Positions 50,246 through 62,377 of a DNA stretch of 64,000 bases are shown here, in pieces (the first letter of the stretch is position 1; each line of letters starts with the position of its first letter). Below the pieces are notes generated by a model, which was not told the DNA's origin, ran no database searches, and was given only the letters and a program-made list of their open reading frames with translations. The stretch is from Chiloscyllium plagiosum. Taxonomy: Eukaryota. Both the position numbers and the translations under genes were made by a program. The DNA is taken from NCBI RefSeq assembly GCF_004010195.1, contig NC_057717.1, positions 102,588,572 to 102,652,571 on the forward strand, written 5' to 3'.

Positions 50246-51114
50246 ATGGTATTGAAACAGTGAAGAAATGAATAGGTAATGGTAGGATCCCTTGAGGGCC
50301 ATCCCCTTCCCCAAGAAGGGACTGGTTAAATCTGGCACATGCTCAGTGAGACGATATGACTGATTGAGCTGCTTTGGGATCGTGGTCTGGAAGCAGAGGT
50401 GACTAATTGGAATGTGTGTGTGTAGTTGTCACCTTACTGTGGCCGTTCTCTCAGTGACACAGCCTAAAACCCACTCACCTGTTCCCTCTTCATTGCTCAT
50501 CATTTACTGAGCAGCTCCCTGCAGTCAGAAACCTGCACAGAGTCAAGATCCCAGGACTCGCAATCTTGACGTCAGTCCAGCATCTCGTGAATTCGCTGAC
50601 AATCAGTGTCTCAGAATCCTGGTGTCTGAATAAATCTTCTTCTGCTGTTGACAGTCGAGGTTTTTATCGATGGTGCCTTGAGGGCTGCATTCTGCAGAAG
50701 TTGCCCATTTTTCATCCTGTACAGGGTTTCAAACCAGCGAGCTGTCGTCTGGTATATTTTTCTCCCTGAAAGGATGTCTTGCATTTATATAGTGCCCATG
50801 GAATGTCTGGTGATTGACAGCATCGCTCTTAGTGGGAGCCTGCCCTCCACAAATGGGCTGCCACCTTTCTCTGTGTTGTAACAGTGGCATCACTGGGAAA
50901 TGAAATGCCCCATTGAATGTAAGACACACTCGGGGGCATTCTGAGGTCATGTGAGAGGTGCTAAACACAAGCAGTTCTTTCTTTATCTCAGTCAATGCCT
51001 TCTGAAGTGATTCACTGGCTAAACCACACCGAGATACATCCATAATATGATATGTTGTAAATCCGAGAGCGTATGTTTCCCTAACATGAGCTACGAAGTG
51101 ATGAGTCTGTGCCA

Positions 51115-51720
51115 TACATTAACTGCATTATATTGTAAGATTGTAAATATAAGCTGCAATAAATTGTAAGATATTTGCATCTATATATATAAGCTGTATT
51201 CTACTGTTAGGTTATAGATATAAGCTGCAATATATTGTTAGGTCCCTTATATTGCATTATATTGTGAGGTTGTGAATACAAACTGCTATAAATTGTAAGA
51301 TATATGTGTGTGATATATATAAGTAGTATTGTACTATTAGGTTATGTATATATAAACTGCATTATATTGTTAGATTATACATAGATACAAGGTGTGTTAA
51401 ATTGTCAGGTTATACATAATAAACTGCAATATATTGTAAGATATTCACAAATAAGATGTATTATAGTGTGACATTATAGATATAAAGTGTGTTAAATTAT
51501 AAGATACATGATAATGCAAATTATATTTGTATACTTATAATTTAATGCATCTTATATCTATAAACTTATGGTATAATGCAGCTTATACACGAATATCTTA
51601 CAAATCAAAAACTGTATCATACATAAGCTGCATGAAATTGGATCTTAATTGCAGTTTATATAATCTTGCAATATAATGCAGTTTGTATATCGATCATTAC
51701 AGACATATAATTGTAAGATG
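51115..51720. repeat. AT-rich degenerate tandem repeat (about 31-35 bp, core ataaactgcattatattgtaagat) with an orientation switch
   Basis: Forward units to about 51510, then reverse-complement units such as atcttgcaatataatgcagtttgtat. Confidence 0.75.
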
Positions 51721-52421
51721 CTACATTCTATCCACTTTCCTGTCTGCTTCTGAAATTAATAGGTATCTTTGCTTTGAAATATAGATGCAAAGATGTACAG
51801 TCAAAGTTCTATATACAGAGCACACGACAAATGAAGAGGTGTTGCAAAATGCAAAGGCTAAAAGAACCCTTAAAAAGCGAGAGGCAAAAGTCATGGCAGT
51901 GTTTTGAGCATTTGTTCAGAGCTGGAAAGCTGCAGAGATCTCCTCCACGAGGGCTCAATGGGGAAGGGTTGGCGGGGGAGGGGGAAGAGGGCTCACCGTG
52001 GATCCGGCTGGGTCATGGGTATCACAGACCGGGTGGTGTTGAGCTGCGAAGGGCGCGTGTGACGTTGGTGTAAGGCACCACTGGCAGCAGATCCTTGGCA
52101 GGAGCAGTTGCAAGCAGCTCTAGAGAATGATCCCTGAACTGTTACAGTGCAGGAGGAGGCCATTCGGCCCATCGTGCCTGCACTCGTTCTATCCATAATG
52201 CTAATCTCCTACCTTTTCCACAAATCCCTGCGCAACATTTCAATCCAAATAATTATCCAGGGCCCTCCAAGACTGTCTCCACCAGATTTCCAAGCCCTCA
52301 CTACTTGCCGTGTGGAGGAGGTTTCTTTCTCACATTGCCCCTTACTTTGTTTGCACAACAGTTGTTCCTTTTCCGAGTGGGAACAGCTTCATGTATTTCA
52401 GACAACTCGTCCTGATTTAGG

Positions 52422-52690
52422 ATAGATTAGAATCCCTACTGTGTGGAAACAGGCCCTTCGGGCCAACAGATCCACACTGATCCTCCAAATACTCACCCAC
52501 CCAGACAAACTTACCCCTGCACCTAATCTACTCATCTCTGAACACTGTGGACAATTTAGCATGGCCAATTCTCCTAACTTGCACATGTTTGGACTGTGGG
52601 AGGAAGCCCACACAGACACCCGAGGCTGGAATCGAACCTGGGTGCCTGGCGCTGTAAGGCAGCAGTGCTAACCACTGAGTCGCCGTGCCA
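52422..52690 (-). mobile_element. HE1-like SINE
   Basis: Antisense copy. Confidence 0.82.
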
Positions 52691-52992
52691 TGATTTGCTG
52701 AGGAGAGCTGAGTTTTCCACCCTCTGATCATCTCTCCAACTCATCAGCGATTTTGTGATGTTGCTGTCACCTGCCAAAACAATAAATTAAAGCCAACTGT
52801 TTCTGCTTTAGTGGACCGCTGTCTGTCTACACTTGGCCCACCAAGCTTGTTACAGTCAGAGGTGGCCATTTAGCTGTGGCAATTGAAATGCTGCACCTGA
52901 CGACTGACTGCATGTCAGCCATCGAACAACAGCTCCTCATACAATCTATAGCTCCTGTTGCCTCTGCCATTATCATTCAGGTCTCGGAATGT

Positions 52993-53455
52993 AGAAACAT
53001 AGAAAATAGCAGCAGAAGTAGGCCATTTGATCCTTCGAGCCTACCCCACCATTCAGTATGAACATGGCTGACTGTGCAATCTCAGTATCCCACTCCCACT
53101 TTCTCCCCATATCCCTTGATCCCTTTAGCTGTGAGGTCCTCATCCAGCTCCCTCTTGAATATATCTAACAAACTGACCCCAACAGCTTCCTGTTGGGGAA
53201 CTCCATAAGTCCACAACTCTCTGAGTGAAGAAAGTCTTCCGCATCCCTCAGTCCTAAATGGCTTACCCCTTGATCTTAGACCAAGGACTTCCCCAACATC
53301 GGGAACATTCTTCCCACATCTAGCCTGTCCAGTCCCATCAGGATTTTATACGTTTCTATGAGATCCCCCTTTATTCTTCTAAATTCTACGAGTACAAGCC
53401 CTGTCGATCTAATCTTTCTTCATATCTCAGTCCTGCCATCCCGGGAATCAGTCTC
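52993..53455 (-). mobile_element. CR1 LINE 3' fragment
   Basis: RLIPGMAGLRYEERLDRQGLYS. Confidence 0.85.
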
Positions 53456-54082
53456 AAGACATTGGATCCAAGGTGATAGTGGGATGGAGGTGATGAAGGG
53501 GTTGAATTAGCGTGGCCTTTCCTAGTCTTGTGTGTTTCGATGTGACTCTGCAGAGGGGCGTTCACTTGTTTGTGCGTGCCGTGTTGCAAGGTACATTTCA
53601 AAACAAGAGCTTGCATTTCACGAGCACCTTTATTGCGGTAAATCACTAAAGATGCTTCATTGTCGGAGTTTTCAGTGTTGCCTACATCTTGGCTATTGCA
53701 TTGTAACGTACACAGGGTCATTGATACAATGTGAAGCAGCGGGTTAGTGAGTTTTTTTTATCAGCCCAATCGTTTGCTGTCTACTGCTTAGCAGTGTGTT
53801 CAACACCAGGCCTTTATTGAAGCAAATATAAGATGTCTGTCGGCAGTGTGTATCGAAATCCCAGGACTAAGGCAGATGGGATAGACTTTTCTACACGATT
53901 GTACTTCAGTCCAGATTTCTGCCTTTTTATACAAATAAAATGCGTGTTTTGAGTTACCTAGGTTGCCAAATATGCAGATGTCCGACCCCATGCATCACCA
54001 GTTCACTATTTGCATTTTTCCCTGCACAATACATTGTTTACATCATCCTTAGGTGATGCTGGTCTCTTATCAGTGTCTGCTT

Positions 54083-54340
54083 CTGTGTGTGTGTGAGGTG
54101 GGGGAGGGGAGGGGGCATGTGGGTGTGTATGTGTGTTTGAGGGGGTGAGGGATGGGTGCGTATGTGACGGTGTGTCTATATGTGTGCGTCAGCGTGTGTG
54201 TCTGTGTGTGTGTCTATGTATGTGTGTGTCAGTGTGTGTGTGTCTGTGCGCGCATGTATGTGACTGTGTGTCTATGTATGTGTGTGTCTATGTATGTGTG
54301 TGTCAGTGACTGTGTACACGTGTCTGTGACTGTGTGTGTG
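54083..54340. repeat. (TG)n compound microsatellite
   Basis: Directly visible. Confidence 0.9.
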
Positions 54341-55808
54341 TTGTTGGCACTTGCTGATTATCAGTGTGATGGTGTTTCACCAAGGAATGTAAATACTGTG
54401 TCATTTCTCATTGCTGTGCTATTTCTATCATTGAGTTGCTGGGTCTGGTGATCTGTACATGCTGTGAGTTCCCCGTCTCCTAATCAGCAGAATATTGTGC
54501 ACCTGTCTATCACAGGTCACCATGGCAACATCTTGTTGACACCTAGCTGAGTGTGAGGGTTGGACTGAGCAGCTGTGAGTAGGCCTTACCAAGGAGGCCA
54601 TCTCAGTCAGGCAGCTTGACTCAATTTCCTGTCTAGACTTTACTCCACCTGCTTCCCTGCCCCCCTCTCCCCCTCCTCCAGCCCTTACTGGCGATGCTCC
54701 TGCCCTCCAGCACCCACTCCGCTCCATCCCTGATCTCATCGCTCTCGCCTTTCTTCAAAGCAAGATAAATTTTCATTGCTTGTTCTGAAGCACCCTTGCT
54801 TTCTTTCCTCTTTCGCTTCAAAGATTAATTACACCTCTCAAAACATGCCATTGGATCGACAACAAAGCAGCGTTCCTTCTGATGAAGAGATCCAGGAGAT
54901 ATCTGTGGGATTCATACAGTGGCTAATAATCAGGTCTGGAGTTCCCTGTTCTCCCAGACACGTTCTCTATCGTCACATTCTCTTGTTTTTGACCTATGAC
55001 CTGACACAACCTGGAAGTGTCCAGGCTGCATTTTAACTGACTGCATGAAGCTTAGTAAAGCCTCCAGTCAGGACTCATGCCTTAACACACTATACGCAGA
55101 GGAGCGCTGGCTTATTTATTAAAGACTAAAGTTTAAAATTCTGATCCCTGGGCCATCTAAAACTGCAAGAGCCACATTTTCTCCTTGATTCCTTTTCCCG
55201 TCATTCCTGACTCAGCTCATTGATGCAAAGCCACTTGTCATTCCTTTCTCTTTCTGTCCATCGTCAGGATGGATCCTCTCTATTCCACCCCCCTCCTCCC
55301 TTGAATGACAGCTCCACATGGTGTGGGCTGCTCTCCATTTCATCATTCCTAACCTCGTGGACAAGTTGTTAGATAGGACCTGACCCCATCCTAAACACTG
55401 TGTTCTCCTGCATCCCATGCCAGAGCTGGGGAAGGTGTTTTTATTGATTCCCATCTCTGAGAGACATGGGATCGCTGGTCAGTTTGGAGCTTGACCTCCC
55501 ATCCCTGGTCCTATTTATTCTTCACCTCGCCAAGACCAATCATGTGGTTACAATTCACAGCCATTCCGGGTTCACCTCCCTTTTTGTTTTCCTCTGTTAT
55601 TCATTCCATTCTGTTTTTTTTTCATTCACGGGATTAGGGCATCGCTGGCTAGACCAGCACACATTGCCCATCCCTAATTGCCCAGAGGGAAGTTAAGAGT
55701 CAACCATATTGCTGTGGGTCTGGAGTCACATGTAGGCCAGACCGGGTAAGGATGGCAGTTTCCTTCCCTAAAGAACAATAGTAAACCAGGTGGGTTTTCC
55801 TTGACCTG

Positions 55809-56222
55809 GTCAGAGTATTGAGTACAGGAGTTGGGAGGTCATGTTACGGCTGTACAGGACATTGGTTAGGCCACTGTTGGAATATTGCGTGCAATTCTGG
55901 TCTCCTTCCTATCGGAAAGATGTTGTGAAACTTGAAAGGGTTCGGAAAAGATTTACAAGGATGTTGCCAGGGTTGGAGGATCTGAGCTACAGGGAGAGGC
56001 TGAACAGGCTGGGGCTGTTTTCCCTATGGAATGAGCTGCCAGAGGATGTAGTGGAGGCTGGTACAATTGCAACATTTAAGAGGCATTTGGATGGATATAT
56101 GAATAGGAATGGTTTGGAGGGATATGGGTCAGGTGCTGGACTAGATTGGGTTGGGATATCTGGGTCGGCATGGATGGGTTGGACCGAAGGGTCTGTTTCC
56201 AAGCTGTACATCTCTATGACTT
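55809..56222 (+). mobile_element. Internally deleted CR1/HER1 3' fragment inserted in a family-2 SINE
   Basis: LYRTLVRPLLEYCVQFWSP...LGLFSL fused directly to WNELPEDVVEA. Confidence 0.88.
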
Positions 56223-56438
56223 ATGACCATTGGCAATGGATTCATGGTCATCATTAAACACTTATTTCCAGATTGTTACTGTATTCAAAATTCACCATCT
56301 GCCATAGTAGAGTTTGAACCCAGGACCCCAGGAAATTACATGGACCCCTGGGTTAATAGTCTAGTGATAATACCACTAGGCTATCATCTACCCCCAAGGT
56401 ATATGGATAGATATATAAGTAGTGAGTTCGATGTTGCT

Positions 56439-56642
56439 AAACAAAATCAGAAGTTGTTGGAAGAGCTCAGCAGGTCTGGCAGTACCTGTGAAGAAAAATC
56501 AGAGTTAACGTTTCGGGTCAAGTGTCCCTTCTTCTCTGGACCCCAAACATTAACTCTGGCTTCTCATCACAGGTGCTGCCAGACCTGCTTGGCTTTTCCA
56601 GCAACTTCTGATTCACAGCATCCACCGTTCTTTTGGCTTTTA
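56439..56642. mobile_element. Palindromic family-C Penelope-like mini-element
   Basis: aatcagaagttgttggaa...ttccagcaacttctgatt inverted arms; GATGTTGCT direct repeat at 56430 and 56643. Confidence 0.72.
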
Positions 56643-57739
56643 GATGTTGCTGGATTGTCAAAGGATTTTCCATAATGAGGGGTCCCAGTTAGGTTTTACT
56701 GAACCAGATGGGTTTTCCTTATGGTCATCATTGGATATCTTCATTGATTTCAAATCTCACTAGAACTCAGATCCCCTAGAACATTACCTAGGTCTCTGGA
56801 TTAATAAACTAGTGCCAATTTCACAAGGCCATCGCCTCTTGCTGTTTTAATTCACCCGGGGAAGCATGGTCCTTATTTTATCTTATCAAAAAGTCAGATG
56901 ATGGTCCAAAAATACTTTCGCTCGAGGGAGGAAAATTTGACGGATAGTCTGCACTAGGAATCTAATATGCCCTGTCAGATCAAGTGTAGCTTTGACTGGC
57001 TGCTGAGTAGAAATTTCTTTAATTCTGGCAGTGTGTCCCGTGAGCAATTATAACTGGGAGAGGGGGATATCGCAAATTCATTGTAAAGGGAAAATCACAT
57101 AGAGTAGCTTTACAAAGTACATATTGGGCCATCCCCAACAGAAATAAATGACATCTTTTCAGTAGCCTTAGAACAGGAGTTATCTTTTTTTGACTGCAGA
57201 GTCAGTCCAAAGCTTGATTTAATAAGGAAAGCTGATTAAATTGCAGCGGCAGTGCTGGCTGTGATTAATGGCTGCCTAGCTGTGAAAACAAATAGTTATT
57301 TCCTGAATAAGGCAATGTCAAATGTGTTGCTCCCTTCCTCTAGAAAGCTGGGATAGCTGAATCTTGCCGAGGCGGTATCCTGTTACATCGCTGCCAGTTG
57401 GACATGTCGCAGGGATTATAACATGAACGATGAGCGAGAGTATTTATTTGCAGAACTAGCTTGGCAGATGAACAATAGATTGAACCTGAGGAGCAGAATT
57501 CTGCAGATGCTGGGAATTGGATCTCAGAACAGAGGAGACTGGAAACGCTCAGCGGGTCTGAGGCTGGATAGAGAGAGACAGAGTTTGTCTCTCAGGCTGG
57601 CAGAACTTGGAAAACTTAGAGAGGCTTTGAACATGGAGGGTTGGGAACAAGGATAAAACAGACGCCCGTGATAGGGTGGAAGACGGGCAAGATTAAATGA
57701 CAAATGATTGGTCAGCCAGGGTTAAAGGGAACAGAATCT

Positions 57740-58332
57740 TAGAAAGAATGCCTATGGTGCAGGGAGAGGCTGTTTGGTCCATTGAGTCTGCGTTGACTCT
57801 CCCACCCAGACACATCTTATCTTACCATGGCTTAATCCACCCGGTCTACACATCCCTGAACATTATGGACAGTTTAGCATGGTCAATCCACCCTAATCTG
57901 CACATCTTTTGATTGTGGGAGGAAACAGAAGCACCTGGAGGAAACCCACACAGACATGGGGAGAACATGCAAACTCCACGGTGGCTCAGTGGTTACCACT
58001 GCTGCCTCACAGCACCAGGGTCACAGGTTCGATTCCAGCCTTGGGCAACTGTCAGTGTGGAGTTTGCACATTCTCGCCGTGTCTGCGTGAGTTTGCTCCC
58101 ACTGTGCAAAGATGTGCAGGTCAGGTGAATTGGCCATGCTAAGTTGTCCATAGTGTAAGTTGCCTTAGTCGGTGGGTGGGTTACTCTTTGGAGGGTCGGT
58201 GTGGACGTGTTGGGCCGAAGGGCCTGTTTCCACAGTGTAGGGAAGCTAATCCACGCAGACAGTCGCCCGAGGCTGGAATCGAACCCGGGTCCCTGGCGCC
58301 GTAAGGCAGCCATGCTAGCCACTGTGCCGTGC
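57740..58332. mobile_element. HE1-like SINE (-) interrupted by an HE1-like SINE (+, about 57977-58243)
   Basis: The antisense body breaks at aaactccac and resumes at ccacgcagacagtcgcc. Confidence 0.8.
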
Positions 58333-58827
58333 CCGATGGTGATGGATTGGGGAGGGGGTTGGGGTGGAGCAAAGTATGTGTGCTGCTGCCTGAAAGCAAC
58401 ACTTTCGGAGAAAAATCAAAACGTGCATAGAAGAGAAGGAATCCGGTCTCTGTGTTCATTGCTCAGAGTACTGTAGGTTCTGCTGTTTGCAGAATACCTT
58501 CCCTTGGTGCTGAGCTTCTGTCACTGGGTATTCTCACTCTCACGCTGACATCTCTGCCCTCGATCTGCCATACTGCCTTTATGAAGCTCAGTGAAAGCTG
58601 GACTCGACGCTGAAATCAACAACGTCAGACCGTGAACTCTGATTTCATTGGGGGCACACTGCTAGGAGGGTGGTGGAGACACGAAATCTTACTGACGTGA
58701 AAATGAAAAAAAAAACACTTTAACATTTGAGACTGTGGGTCAAGAGCTGGAATAAACGTAGAGTTAGAGTAGTTTTTGCTGGTGTAAATTTGATGGGCGA
58801 GAAGGCCTCTTTACTGTCTGATTCTCC

Positions 58828-59143
58828 TGGAATCCTTGCAGTGTAGAAACAGGCCCTTCAGCCCAACAGGTCCACACTAACCATCGACGAGTAACTCACC
58901 CAGACTCATTCCGCTCTCTAATCCCTCGGCAATGCAGCTAACCTATACATCCCTGAAAACTACAGGCAACTTAGCGCGGCCAACTTGCCTAACCCGCACA
59001 TCTCCGGACTGTGGGAAGAAACAGGAACAAACCCACACAGGCACAGGGAGAGCGTGCAAACTCCATACAGTCACCTGAGGCTGGAATCGAACCCAGGTCA
59101 CTGGCGCTGTGAGGCAGCAGTGCTAACCACTGAGCCACCGTGC
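58828..59143 (-). mobile_element. HE1-like SINE
   Basis: Antisense copy. Confidence 0.82.
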
Positions 59144-59383
59144 TGTGATTCTCGGGCTGTTCAGGCTGACAGTAGCTTGCTGGCTGGTGGGTGGGTGGGT
59201 GGAAAACAAGTGTTTGGAACTGACCGAAGTTTCAAGATGAGGACTGAAAGCAGCCAGATCAAATTTCTGGGAGAACAGGAGAATTTGGAATGTAACAAAA
59301 CCCTGTTGATTGCGAATTCTCAGCATCAAGTGAAATGATGTGTGCATGAAAGGACATTTGGCTTAAAGAGCATCGTTGGATTA

Positions 59384-59587
59384 CATTCGGTTCTGCCATA
59401 ACATGATAGTTCCGTTCTTGTGCGACCCCGTATTATGAGAACATCACATAATAGCAGCACCATTTAAACTAATGGGGCCGGAATCATATTGTAAGCAATA
59501 TACGCTTTAAAAGTCTGCGCTTTGGAAACAGTGTCCCCAATTTGTCAATTCACATTAACGAAACGCGCGTTATGGCGGAACTGCCTG
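59384..59587. mobile_element. Tc1/mariner (pogo/Tigger-like) MITE, 204 bp
   Basis: TA|CATTCGGTTCTGCCATAAC ... GTTATGGCGGAACTGCCTG|TA: imperfect TIRs with TA duplication. Confidence 0.7.
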
Positions 59588-59709
59588 TACTCTATCTCTC
59601 CTTAGGATGTACGGCTGAATATTTTGTTAAAACATTGCCTGGCAACACGTTTCTGGGTAAATCCAGATGCATTAGCCACATCCAATAAATGTTCCGTTGA
59701 CTCTTGCAG

Positions 59710-59877
59710 AGGACCCAGTCGATGTCTTGCAAATACTGGACCTCCAGGACACCCTGGATGGAGTCGTAACAGTCGCGGGATTTTGCACACATCGAAAAGG
59801 CTCCGAAGAGACAGATCTTGCACTCCGGTTAGAAAACAAAACTCATTTTAGCGCCCTGACAACGCAGTTATTCCCAG
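59710..59877 (+). CDS. col5a3: Collagen exon 2 (168 bp): (E)DPVDVLQILDLQDTLDGVVTVAGFCTHRKGSEETDLALRLENKTHFSALTTQLFP, start of TSPN/PARP domain
   Basis: Acceptor ctcttgcAG, donor CAG|GTGTGT, phase 1-1. The DPVDVL...GFC..R...QLFP motifs and 168-bp size match exon 2 of the COL5A1/COL11A1/COL5A3 family as I recall it. Confidence 0.9.
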
Positions 59878-60827
59878 GTGTGTTTATATTGCAGTTTGCA
59901 AACTTTGGTTGATACAGTTCCTGCAAAGCTGTAGGTGGTGGGGTGGGTTCGGGTTCAGGGTTGGGGGATTTGTTTCATGGCCCGCTGTAAATTGAGATGC
60001 TTGGATTACCCTGAAGCTGAAATTGAGGCTGAGGATCCACTGTGAGTCCTTGTATTTGAGCACAAAACAGATCTTGGGCCAAGAGTAAACTCCTAACCAG
60101 GTGAAGCAACAATGTGACATGTGGAAGCTTGCTCAGATTGTACTTATTAAACGATGCTGTACTCTCTGAAAGAGACCAAGACAATCTTTGATTTATTTAT
60201 GGTGCGTAAGATCACTAGCATATGGCTCCTAACCTCACCACAGCACCTGCTTACGAGGTTGATGAGCTTCTTTGGATGTGTGGTGATAATATCTCCATGG
60301 TCATCACATCCTGAAATTTGAATTAAACCCTTAACGTTTTGGCCCAGAGATAGGGACGCTGCCACTGCACTACGAGACCCTAGTGTCTCTCCCATCTGAG
60401 CTCAAGTAAAACCCCCCGTCATTGCCCTCCACCTGCAACCAGTTAAACACAACTGACACACGTTTAAAAGCGAAATCCTGCAAAACTGAAATTAAAAGAG
60501 AAGCAGAGAGTGCTGGAGAAACTCAGTGGGTCTGGCAGCTTCTGTGGAGAGAGAAAAACGGTGTCACATTTCGGGTCAGTTCTGAAGAAGTCACACTGGA
60601 CTCGAAATGTTAAGACATAGAATCCCTTCAGTGTGGAAACAGGCCATTCAGCCCAACAAGTCCACACTGACCCTCCGAAGAGCATCCCACCCAACCCCCC
60701 CCCCCCCCCCCCCAACCCCTGCATTTCCCACCCTAACTTGCTCCATCTTTGAATTCTTGTTCTTCTCTCCACGAGGCTGCCAGACCTGCTGATTATGTGC
60801 TGTTTCTTTGGTGGACCTGTCTAACAA

Positions 60828-61510
60828 GGAACATAAAAACTAGGGAGCAGTAGGCCATTCAGCCCCTCAAGCCTGTTTCGCCATTTAATACAATCATGGC
60901 TGGCCTCTATGAGACCTCAACTCCACCCTCCTGACCTCTGCCCATAACGCCTCAACTCATTGCTAATTAAAAATCTGTCTATCTCCTCCTTAGGTTTACT
61001 CACTGTCCCAGCATCCACCACACTCCAGGGAAGTGAATTCTGCATAGACCATCCTTTGAGAGGAGTAGTTTCTCCTCATCTCTGTTTTTAAATCTATTGC
61101 CCCTTATCCTGAAGTTATGACCTCTCGTTCTAGATTGTCCCACAAGGGGAAACATCCTCCCTCTGTCGGCTTTGTAAATCCCCGATAGCATCTCACGCAC
61201 GCAGAAAGCGAGGGCTGCAGATGCTGGAGATCAGAGTCGAGAGGGTGGTGCTGGAAAAGCACAGCAGGTCAGGCAGCATCTGAGGAGCAGGAGAATCGAC
61301 GTGTCGGGCATGAGCCCTCATCAGGAAAGGGTTCCTGATTAAGGCCTTATGCCAAAACGTCGATTCTCCTGCTCCTTGGATGCTGCCTGATCTGCTGTGC
61401 TTTTCCAGCATCACACTCTCGATCCTCAGCATCATACGCACCTAAATTACATCTCTCGTTCTCCTAATCTCCAGAGAGTTTCAGCCAAAACTGCTCGATC
61501 TCTCTTCATA
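60828..61510 (-). mobile_element. CR1 3' fragment containing a palindromic family-A mini-element (61201-61427)
   Basis: RMFPLVGQSRTRGHNFRIRG; the insert is flanked by agcatctcacgcac / agcatcatacgcac. Confidence 0.8.
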
Positions 61511-62377
61511 AGCCAAACTCCAGTTAGCCCCTGCTTGTTCCTCATATCCATAGCTTCACACATATCTCAGTATGTCACCTATTTCTCCACTTCCCTTTTG
61601 GAAGACACAATTGAATCTCTTTCCAACTCTGACGCACCACATTCCAAACCAGAACCATTGAATGGAAATGCTCCACATCATCCCCTTTTGATTCCTTGAC
61701 CAGCCACCTTCAATATTGTCACCTCATTACCAACCCTTTTACCACAAGAAGCAGTCCCTCCCTATCAACTCTATCAGTCTGAGCCTCTCTTTTACATCTC
61801 CTCTCCCCTCTCCCTACCCCACTCCAAAAACAATAATATCAGCCTCTCTTGTCTTTTTCATGTCAGTAGGAACAGGCCATTTAGCCCATCGGTAAGATCC
61901 TACTGATCTGATTGCAGCCTTTGTATTACCTTCTTCACTGTCCCTCATAATCATGGGCTCTGTTGTCCATCAGAACCCAGTTTAGATTTTTCAACATTTT
62001 CAATGACTCCAGTTTCCGCTACTCTCTGGGCAAGAGATTCCCAAACACTGATGGAAGAAATCTCAGCTCACTGAGGAGTGAGGTAACTACAGGCTTCGAA
62101 ATTTAATCGAAACCAGGAATCCTTGGCATCTCATGAGGTATCCGCAGCGCAAATGGTTCTAGAAAGTTCCATTCAGGGAGAGGGTGATGCCAATGGAGAA
62201 AAAAAGTGGTGTAGTGCCTCGAGTAGGCCAGGTCGGTGCCTGTGTGAAATGTTGAAAGACTCTCAAAAAAAATGGTAGTCATTCGTTTCGATGTGTGTGC
62301 CTTTAAGGAATGTAATCACGCCATATTTTGTTAATAAGTGTGTTTATAAATACTTCTTTTCCCTATAAAACTTTTAG

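Noticed and set aside
59624..59851. GPPGHPG as a collagen triple-helix exon
   Set aside because: It is an alternative frame of exon 2 with only two Gly-X-Y triplets, most likely coincidence.
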